Part shown: one piece after another, positions 54,101 to 64,000 of the stretch
How positions within the stretch are numbered: the first letter of the stretch is position 1
How the letters are laid out: each line of letters opens with the position of its first letter
Source: Iphione sp. A-MEVVRFRX5
Taxonomy: Eukaryota
Direction of reading: 5' to 3'
Length of the DNA stretch: 64,000 nucleotides
Assembly: GCA_976226885.1 (NCBI GenBank)
Contig: OZ320318.1
Span: 72,912,001 to 72,976,000, forward strand
Translations under genes and position numbers: made by a program
The notes under the pieces: generated by a model
What the model was told of the DNA's origin: nothing
Databases searched by the model: none
What the model saw: only the letters and a program-made list of their open reading frames with translations

Positions 54101-56678
54101 GGAAAATCGATGGAAATATAGGAAACAAAAACGCAATCGTGTTCGCAACGCGACGTGACCCTTTTTAACGTCATCAAATGAGGATTATAAACACTTGTCA
54201 TGGCAGCTTCCTCATTCCGGTTCCGGTAGTTTTGAAGGGAAGCGGAAGTGGTTTAGCTTCCACTGTAAAGTGAGGCAGGCGTCCACAAGAGGTGACATAT
54301 CGGGCGGATCGTGTAGGACTGCAATAAATCCATAAAATATGCTAACAGTCTGCGCCCGCCATGCCCGATGCAGACTGTGGGGCAGAGACGGAGGAAAACG
54401 ACAGGGCGACTAACGACATTTTAACACCCGTTCCCAGTAGGCACCGATTGACAAGGCAAGGACAATGTCATTTGTTAGCGTTTTCGCCCGGAGTAGGCTA
54501 AGCTTGGTGAAAAGCTATAGCTTCTACAGCTTGTTTTATTCCACTTAGTGTTCGACTGATATCCAAGGTTACAGCAGGGGCCATTTTTATTAGAAAAATA
54601 TCATCCCTTATTTTAAGTGCAGATTATTTTCCCGCCTGGATTCTTCCTCGAGTATTTTCCTTTAGAATTCTTTTTCCTCATGGTTCATGCAATTACAGTG
54701 AACTAGAAATATATAAAGAAAAACTTTGCCTTTGCTATTTCTAAACATCAGCGTTACATTTTTTTACGTTAGTTTGTTATATTGTCTTAAGGACGGCAGC
54801 TATGTTATAAAAGACCACATTATCACTCTTCAGAAGGGCATCTTTAACTCACTATGGTAGTATATCTGATACTGGAACTAATAAGCGTACGCGTAATTGA
54901 ACTTGATTCAGCATTGATCTAATCAGCTACTCAACAGCAGGCTACAGACTCCTAATTAGGGGGTTTGAGTGCTCATGGGAACCCTCCACGCTCCCTCATA
55001 CATCGAATTAGTTTCATCTAGGCAGGTAATTTGGAAACTGTATATTAATTCAACCTTCTTTGAAAGAACATTCATTACTCACGTTAACGAGTAGAATGAA
55101 CTGTGGACAAGGCTTGAAAAAAAAACCTTCCATAGAAGAGATGTGCTAAAACATGACTGTCAGTTTTGGCTGAGAAACTATTAACCACGACCCAGAAGTG
55201 CATGATCCCCGAACTGTACATCTTCCTTCTCCAATCGGAAACTATAAGATTTCCTCAATAGTTTAGGCAGATTCAGAAAGGAATGATACATTACAGGGAC
55301 ACGGAATACCCTGGCAATTGGTAACTACGCAGCAGGATTTGCAGGCGATATATGGTTCGAGAGGAGGCTTCTCGCCATCGAGGAACTAGGTGGCACCGCT
55401 ATTTACTCCTGCAGGGATTATATCTGCCTACTTGAAAACACAGCCAATGACAGAGATACTTGAATTCGTATTCAGTTTGCTTGAAATCCTGAAATGTTCC
55501 CACTGACGTTTGTCTTATTTAACGGGGGTATATTAGAACGTAGTATTTAGTCAAAGATGTAGATAATGTTCGTATAAATATGCCATTTAAAGGACGTTTG
55601 AATCAAACTGTATTAGATCAGTCAACAGATAATTATAGCAGCGGCATATATATTTCCTTCCGCGGAAGACTATATGTAATGCCTTCTTTTCAGTCCCGCT
55701 CGTGGGCTCTCTGTAGGTTAGTGTGTATTTCTACCCATCAGGGTGTGTTTCTTCCCTAAAGAGCCATGTGTACCACAACGCCCTCTACGATCCCGGGGCA
55801 ACGAGCGGACTTAATGCGCCTCTCTGCCGCTACGCGACCAACGCCTCCTGCCACATCCTAAATGCGGCTATCCCGGGCAAAGAGGAAGGCACTGCATCTT
55901 AAGAGGGAAAACCTCCTGAATATAGACAAGCGTGCCCCTTCTGTATGCACTGATAAGACCCAGCCTGTGGGCAGTTGTACCACAAACGGCTGTGTTGTGC
56001 TTGCGGAGGGGCTCGTATTGGTTGGGGGGGGAGGGGATAAAGTGAAAACTACAGGGCGAAGTAACAGACAAAGGAATGGACACTGCCTATGAGGGATGCG
56101 AGATGGGGAATATGGTATATATCCATGACTACGCGGCAAGGAAAGGGAAAGGGGAGGATAAAATTTTAGATCAAAGAGAATACAATGACGCATCAGGGAG
56201 ATTAAAACCTTTACTTTTTATTTAGACAAAGTGACTGTTTTGCGGACGATAATACGTTCAAATCCCACCTATCAAAAGCGTCTTACGATCCTCGAGCCGA
56301 GATTCACCCACACGTTGGTGTTCAAATATACAATGAGTCGGGGCAGTGGCACCCTGCGGCGGGGGGGGCGGAGAGGAGGGGGTTGATTGTTGGTAAGGAG
56401 CTCACGGCCTTGTGTTGGAGCAGCTCAAGGGGCGTGTATTGCTGTCTGAACCAAGCATCGCCGCGGGACGAAGGACGTAGGCGTACAATAGTGTTTGCAC
56501 TGGAGTATGGTTACCTCGCAGCGCACCTTTGTTCTCCTACTTGGCAGTACTTTCCTTCTGCTCCTCTGCGCACCTCCTCCTGTTTGCCCTGCTCTTCACT
56601 CCGACTGCACATCCCTGTTTGTATGCAAACCAAGCTTCTTTTCGCTTTCTTGATAGTTTCATTCTTGTTAGTTTCTAT

Positions 56679-56713
56679 TCTCTCTGTCTCTGTCTCTGTC
56701 TCTGTCTCTGTCT

Positions 56714-56758
<45 letters not shown>

Positions 56759-56769
56759 TCTCTCTCTCT
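56679..56769 (+). repeat. Compound (TCTCTG)n-(TC)n microsatellite
   Basis: Direct reading of 56679-56769. Confidence 0.95.
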
Positions 56770-57299
56770 AGCTCCTGCATATATCTCCTTTATTTTTTTA
56801 TTATTATTCCTCTTGTCCATAGCCATTTTTTCCTTGTACGATTTTCCGTGTTAGGTCTCCTGTGCATCTATCTTTCCGGTTCCGCTTCATCATTAGGGAC
56901 GCGTCTCTGTTTGTCATGCAGTACCGTACACCTCGGAATTTCTTTTCCTTCAGACGTTTACCATGAAAGTAATATTTAGTTGAATTGCAGACACATTCAG
57001 TAATGTGCAACGTAATATCCAGTGTCCTTTGATATAGTTATTTAGAAAATAGAAAGCATAGATCTCTTATACGCCTCCGGGGCTTCAAGGCCCGAACATT
57101 CTCCGTTTGTATGTAGGTAATAACGGAATAGTCTGCTTATGAGCTGAAGGCTGCTTTATTAGTACTTAACTCAGCTGGGTCTGCAACGCGGGTTTCCATC
57201 CAACTTGCGTTCTTCGTCTTTATAGCGTTCTGAATCACAAACACACGCATTCCCACACCCCTAAACATTCCTGATCTTTCAGAGCCTTATCCCTTCTCT

Positions 57300-57302
<3 letters not shown>

Positions 57303-57340
<38 letters not shown>
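57303..57340 (+). repeat. (CT)n microsatellite
   Basis: About 19 CT units. Confidence 0.95.
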
Positions 57341-57345
<5 letters not shown>

Positions 57346-60300
57346 ACGGGTTGCGCAAAAGTCAAAGGTCAATGCATCGATACCACTGTCCTCTCCCCCC
57401 GGCATTTGACACCCCATTAACTCCACCACAGCCTTGAGACGTCTGCCAGGGCGTTTTTCATTGCTGCCTCCAACAGATGGCGCTGTCACGAGCAGCTCTT
57501 TACCCGATCAAAAACAAAGCACGGAAATAAGATAAGGCGAAAAAATAATGATAAAACAAATAGAAGTTCAAGAGTCAGGGCCCATGGTCAATCTCGTTGA
57601 CGCTGCCGACATCTCGGTTGTCACTGATGTGGCCATGACCTCCCCCATCGAGCAGTATTCCCTCTGGAGACCATTTCTCAGGCCACCTTTGAACTTTCTC
57701 CCAGTTCTCCTCTCCGACGACCAACTTTTCACCACCAACCGCCATGGCAAAGAAACGGCGTGCCCAAAATCACCACCAGCAGTATCAAACCCTTGTACCT
57801 TTACCTTGACCGCCGTTGTTACCATCACCAGAAAACATCATTGGTACTCACTGTCACAGCGCACGCCCACCCGTATAACCTATCCTCTACCACCAGCACC
57901 ACCATCTCTACAGACACCATCAATAACAAACACCATCAATTACACGAAAATCAATAACGCCACCGACCATCAACCATCAACCGATGCTATCTACGCTGCC
58001 ATCACCATCAGCATTTGCCACCACCAGTACTTCTGCGTCTCTGCCTCTCTAGATATGGCCGCTTTAGGATTATGCCACCTTCAAGAAGGGAAATCTGCCT
58101 GACCTTACACCGCTCTCACCAGGGGTCCCTGTCGTTACACAAGGTGTCAAGAGACAGAGGTCCTGTCACCGACGAAACGGCGCTGACATTTACAGGTGCG
58201 CGGGGCCAGCCTGTGTGATGTGCACGCAGGTGCGTTTCTGTGGGGTGGGGGGTTCGGAGGCTGCGTTTTGTTTCCTTAAAGGCTTCAGAAGGTGTTGATT
58301 TCAAATTTGCAACATGATTTTGAACAAGTGTGATCATATAACATTCTCCTCCATTATGCAGGTTTGACTTTGATATCGATGTGCGCTGCCATTTATAACT
58401 TGAAGACCCCAGGAGCTATTCAGGTCTAACACTTCCATTTCGAATTCAGATTTCACAGTATTGAAATGAGATCCAGTATAGGATGGTAGCTGGTTGTTTT
58501 CATATCTCATTAATTCTTGGCGGAGAAGCAACAAAAATGGATTGACGTAAGCTTTATTTATGGAGAATGTTACTAATGAATAATGTAGTCAGGGTGATTG
58601 AGGCTTAGATAAGTCAAAGTGTATGCAGAGGCAAATGAATGGTAGGATGTGACCACGAAGGACACCCATTACTCAGCGAGAGATACTCCCGAAATGGATA
58701 CTTTCCCCGGTGTCTATTATGACTTTCTTACGTGGAGCCCGGAGGGCTTTGGCAAATAATACATTGGGAAAACCATCCATTTCAACGCCGGGGACTCGGG
58801 GCAGATATTGGATACAGGATACATGGACTTCCTTACGTATATTACACGGAGAAACTCAGATGAGTGAGTTGCCCTCGGCATACCCAGAACCCTTCGGGGT
58901 TGTGCGCACTTAACGTCAAGGTAATGTTCCCTGGCGAAACCACACAGCAGGACTCATATTTGAGCCGTCACCTTGGCAGGCTGTCGCCCGACCATTGCCT
59001 CCATCTAAGAGTGCTGAGTCGACAGATGGTGGTGACCTCTCTGGGCCTAGGGCTCTGAAAATCGCTCTGAGGGGTGTGGCCAGAATCGATGGTGTATGTA
59101 GAGACCGGGGCTGATGGTTGGCAGCGGCCCGGGTAGGACTGGTAGCAGGTGAACTCTCTCGTCCTGTACTGCCAATCATATGGCGAGCTAGATAAAGGTG
59201 CTGAGTGACGAAGACAGGGAAACAGCCCCCCACCCCGAGTCTTATGAATGAGACAGACCTGAGTTAATCTTATACTCAAAGCTAAATCAATTACCACAGA
59301 GAGGATGCATAGATGGGCTGCTAGTCAAAGAGAAACGAGAGCCTGGGTTTCAAATGGATATCATTACTTACTACTGCTTTTATGGGCACATGGCAGTAGT
59401 GTGCTTTGGTGGTCTTCTTGATAAGGCGTATGATGTAGGGTTGGATTTGGGAAGGATTTTTATACAAAAATATTGATCGTCGATCAACTAGAAAGTCATC
59501 GCGAGTAAGACCACTCGAGAAATGAGATATCGAAGTTGCAAGCTGACGTTTGTGGAGACACCACTTTCAGAACGCCGGTCCTAATTACACGAGCAAGATG
59601 ATAAAGTATCTAGAAGGGATCAGGCGATTTGAGGTATTCCAGTTTAATTAATGACCTACTATATTGTAACATTATACATCTTTTGGAAACGAGCCTAACA
59701 TGGGTAATCTTCGTGCCCTTCTGTAGAACCTTCTTCAGCATATTCTAATTTAAAAATGTGTAAATAATTAGGTATATTTTTCTTCGTTCCAGCTTTCTTC
59801 TTCATGTTAACGGTTCCAGTAGGACGCGTTTCAACCGAAGATTAGATTCCATTATTTTGGATTGAAATATATTCGTTATTTAAAGGTATACATGTATTCA
59901 AAGCAATAAATTGATTTATGACTGATGCTCCGAGTGGTGGGTTAAAAGACACCTCCAGGCGAGGTGTTGGCGCTGCAATTTTGCCGCACGGCCTGACGTG
60001 ACAGACGAACGTAACTCAGCCGTACTCGACGTCCGCTTCCAGCCGTCGGACGACCGCGTGCTTTATGAGAAGTTCTCCGGCCGCCCGGCTGTACATCGCC
60101 GCCGGCCGCTTACCGTTTCATCGGTCTGTCCGCCCACCTACCGTAATGAAGTAATGGTCGATGGCGTGGCTGTCTTCTTGTCCCTCGCTCCTAACACTTA
60201 GCCCTAATGCCCATCGCTGTGTTCTTGGTTGACAGTGGCAAGCCGGATGTCTAGTTAAGCTCAGACAAGTTGGAACTCATAGCATAGCTTCTGAGGAATG

Positions 60301-62101
60301 GGGGCGTTAGGGGGGTGATTGAAAAGAGGACACACCTAGACTAAGACTCCAAGGACCAGAGACAGCCTGACTGATTGGTACTTGTTGAGACTACCTCAGA
60401 CAAGAAACAAGTCGCTCTCCCTTAGGAAAATAATCGGTTAGTGGCAGAGACAGGTCAGAGAGGTCTATACTTCGTTTTCTTTAAGGCAGAGCGGCTGATG
60501 GATGAAGCCGCAAATGGCCTACTGACAGATATTAACACCTTTTATAAGTCATACCATAAATAACTAATGTATGCACTGCTTCAGTGCTTTATGTCGAACA
60601 GAATGCGGTTTTGTAAGTAGTTAGTGGTTATCAGGATGCTGAAGTAGTACCCGTCTGAACATACACACATTCGGGAGTGATGTATAAAAATAGACCGCAT
60701 TTCAGGAGCTGCGCGGGTAATTGACGAAGGTTCTACGCATCGCTCTAAAGTACTGGTGGCGACTAGGGGGCGAAATAGAGTGCAGAAGCATCTATATCAC
60801 TCCACACAGAGAGCAAGTCGGCTCACGCCTTCATTCGGCCCCGGTCGGTGAGCAGGTGGGAACTGCTACCTCCTCAGACCTATAATCTAATCAGAGCTTA
60901 AGGAGCGAGCAAGACTGAGCGACTCGTTCTCCCGGAGAGTGCTGATCAAGGAACACAGAGGCATTGCGACCGTGGGAGAAGACTATATAGTCCCTGTGAG
61001 TTTTAAAGTGCTCTCAAAGGTGTTTCTCCCTTTGAGGGGAGATCTAGTTACACAAATCTAAAGAAGACAGCCTACCCTGGAGACACATTAAAGTAGGAGG
61101 GCTGAGAACCTGAGATCGATCATGAGGACACTGTGTAAGATACAGACACCGACACAAAGGTGCATGGGCGCATTGTACTCTACAAAGATGAATGAAGGAT
61201 GTGGACGGAATGTTGCACCACGGCTGGAGGGGCCTCATTGATATCTTAAACTATACTCGTACATCCCTTAGAGGGGCTTACATAACGTAAACGTATCAGA
61301 AAATTTGAGAGGTGATCACGTGCGAGGGGGAAATGTACCATAAACGGCGTACTGAAAATCAGTTAGCCGTCTCTGTGGATCGCGTTTTTAAATTTTCGAT
61401 ACGACAAACGTGACATCCAGGTTTTACCATGAAAATACAATTGTCCAACTATTCATCCATTAGCGTCATGTGAGGTAAAGTGTATATTGATTAAAAACGT
61501 GAATGCGGCCAAACCAATGTTCAAGTTTAACCTGTGAATATCACCTGCTTTTGTTAAAGGACGCACTTTTGTTAAAGGATGCATATTTCGAATGCAGTGT
61601 TAACTTACTTATCACTGATTTGAAGGTAGCATCATGTACCCGTTCCTAAATATAAGATACATAGTAAGACAGACCGTGATATTAAAATAATGAACCACTT
61701 TTAACTGAAATATTCTTTTGAACGCCAGACTATTCTTTTTGAACAACCGAAATAAAGCGACATGAAAACAAAGGATGGCGATGGTGACATGTAGTACGAT
61801 GGGAACAGGCACCTCTGAGACTGCCTGTCTGAGTTGACTGTGTATAGGCTGTCTCCCCTAGACCCTACGGGGTCACGAAGCCAGTAATCTAGCGATAAGC
61901 GTGACACCAGTAGTTAAACGTCAATGCCTGGCCCACTGACAGCAGATAAGGAGGAGCGGAGCGAGGGGAGCGTGGCTGAGCGAAATATAAGGGGAAGGAA
62001 GGGAAGAGAACCAGAATGAATTGGGGAGGCATGACCGAGATAGTGTGGGAGACATGTGAAGAGAGTTCAGGGGAGACAGATGAGGGCAACAGTAGCGCAG
62101 C

Positions 62102-62164
<63 letters not shown>

Positions 62165-62180
62165 GAGAGAAAGAGAGAGG
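62102..62180 (+). repeat. (GA)n microsatellite
   Basis: Long perfect GA run with gaaaga variants at the 3' end. Confidence 0.95.
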
Positions 62181-62702
62181 AGAAAGGGAAAGTAAAGGAA
62201 ATAGGAGAGAATGGCCAGATAGAGTCTAGATATAAACCCACTTAAATGAATGATGCTATAGATACATTATTAACTAGGAATTGTAAAAGACGGGAAGGAA
62301 TGAGGGCACGGAAAACAAAAGAACAGAGGCATGCAGACATAAAGCATGGAACAACTGGAACATGACACAGCAAGAGAAAACAAGGGAGAGTCCGAGCTAA
62401 ACCGAACGGAGGAAAACAATTAATATGCAGAGAAGTGCATGCACGAGGCCAAAAGGAGGGAGAATGTAAAAGTTAAAAGGGGCTGATGAAGCCAGGTAGA
62501 ATAGAAACAAGGAGGCGGAATGCGGGAGGAGAGGTTGCGTGAACGTGCCGGGCCCCCGAACCCCGCAAGCATCAAAGGGAAAGGCAGTGAAGAAGCTAGA
62601 GAGACGTGCCGTCGTCTAGAGTGGGAGGCGTGCGGGGAGCAGGTCGCTGGCGACAGAGGTGTCCTTGAAAATCGATATCCTTTACAAAGGTTCGGACGGT
62701 TG

Positions 62703-62716
62703 CCACCAGGTGGCAC
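62703..62716 (+). promoter_or_regulatory. CTCF-like motif (best match in the window)
   Basis: ccaccaggtggcac matches the CTCF core CCASYAGRKGGCRS at all 14 positions. Confidence 0.45.
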
Positions 62717-63582
62717 ACACGCCGAGATCTGAGGCGAGATCAACGTGCTCTAAAGTTGAGAACGACGATCACGCCTGGGAAGAAACGACATGTACATAAG
62801 GGTGCTGCTGGGTAGAGTGTCTTGGGAGTGGTGCCTAACATATCGGGAGATCCGACATGTAAATAGCCATTAACAATGCAGGTCTCTCCTTTGGGGACTT
62901 GTTGGTCAAGGAAGGGACAATGAACAGGATACCGCAGCTATAAAATGCTGCACGATCAACAGGGAAAAACCTCGGATTAGAGATCATTTGTCATCCAAAA
63001 ATATTCAGACCACAGACCAAAAAAAATTGTCGAAAGTGCATCGAAATGCTATTTTCCCTGTAGCACGCTGCTCACGATGCTATTATATATACGCTTTTAA
63101 TACTATCAACTCCGTGCTAAAATTCGACGCGGGCGAACATTTACGATATGAGTAGTGCACTGAAAAAGGCCCCAGATACAGGCGCATGACCGACAGCCAT
63201 AAAGTTTACAGTTTAAACCGTTATGTGTAGACTACCACTTAACTGTGCTGCCCTGTAGTCAGAGATACCATCTTTAGGCCGAGGTCAAAACATGCCATGC
63301 CTTCCTTAAACCGGCAGAAATCCACTGAACCTTCCAGCTTTGGAAAAGCCATTCTGAGCAAAATATATGTATGTGGCAGTCTCCTAGTATATTCTTAAAG
63401 GAATCGTAATGGAATTAATTAAAATAAAAAGGAAAAAGTCAACAACAACAAACAGAAACCTGTATGAATATGCCTTCATTAGGACTATGTTAAAAAAACT
63501 CACTCTCTGCAGGAGTTTCACTGAATCCATGAGCCTAATGTTTAACATGAGAGAGTTCATTTATTCTGTTTGCCATCAACAG

Positions 63583-63660
63583 TCTCCGCCCCATTATATA
63601 CACGAAGACATTCATCCTGTTCCCGACGCAATAGGCGGATCTGTCAGGGTAACTTCCGCG
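63583..63660 (+). CDS. Candidate 78-nt exon, SPPHYIHEDIHPVPDAIGGSVRVTSA
   Basis: Acceptor ttattctgtttgccatcaacag| and consensus donor gcg|gtaagt, with 26 open codons, phase 0 to 0. Confidence 0.45.
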
Positions 63661-64000
63661 GTAAGTGCCTGTCTTAATATTGCATAGACGGCACGCTATA
63701 TAAGACATCTCCAGCAATAGTTGCATTGATTTTAGCACAGCGTGGCGTGCCAGAAAGTATATATCTACCATACGGTCGATCGATGGCGAAATATCGAAGA
63801 TTATATAAATAGGCAGGGAACAGGTGTGAAACAGGACAAAGTGCATCAAAAGAAAGAAAATGGATACTGCCCAAAGCATGGAACGCGATTTCAGTCTGCA
63901 GCTCAAGCCTTGACTAAATAGTGTCATTTGAGAAGGACAAAATGTTCTTACAAAGCCGAGAATTTTGCATTTCTGTATGAATGTAGCCTGCCCTGGCCCT

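Noticed and set aside
56383-56979. 198-aa ORF with an apparent hydrophobic segment
   Set aside because: Dominated by (TCTCTG)n/(TC)n repeats.
57548-58102. 184-aa Thr/Pro-rich ORF
   Set aside because: Lies in ACC-rich low-complexity DNA; no recognisable domain.
58690-58860. GVYYDFLTWSPEGFGK*YIGKT, a possible GIY-YIG motif
   Set aside because: Spacing is longer than in typical PLE GIY-YIG domains, there is an internal stop, and the downstream R..EH motif is missing.
62483-62512. CTGATGA...GAAAC hammerhead-like boxes
   Set aside because: The intervening sequence cannot form stem II.
1-64000. Homeobox, tRNA/rRNA, CRISPR array or conserved miRNA
   Set aside because: I saw no WFQNRR/YPWM-type coding, tRNA or rRNA signatures, repeat-spacer arrays or full known mature miRNA sequences on manual reading. 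A formal scan could still find something I missed.

Overview
This is about 64 kb of AT-rich eukaryotic (probably invertebrate animal) genomic DNA from a draft assembly. It has one 610-N gap (12636-13245) flanked by GA repeats. No ORF in the supplied track is a complete, recognisable gene; most are chance ORFs in low-complexity or GC-rich non-coding DNA. The window reads best as large introns or a regulatory landscape, with five components. (1) A few short + strand candidate exons with good splice signals: 81 nt, 18 nt and 58 nt exons that join in frame, plus a 78 nt exon near the right end. I cannot name the protein. (2) Heavily decayed coding relics, recognised by eye from motifs: DIRS/Ngaro-type reverse transcriptase, MULE-like transposase, G2E3-like HECT domain and Helitron-like helicase C-terminus. 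(3) Two MITEs with clear TIRs and TSDs, a near-perfect 91-nt hairpin and a Penelope-type minimal hammerhead motif. (4) Microsatellites and short tandem repeats. (5) Many GC/CpG-rich islands carrying CTCF-like, E-box and homeodomain-type motifs. All family assignments are manual motif comparisons, not database results. I found no firm evidence for a novel multi-gene system.
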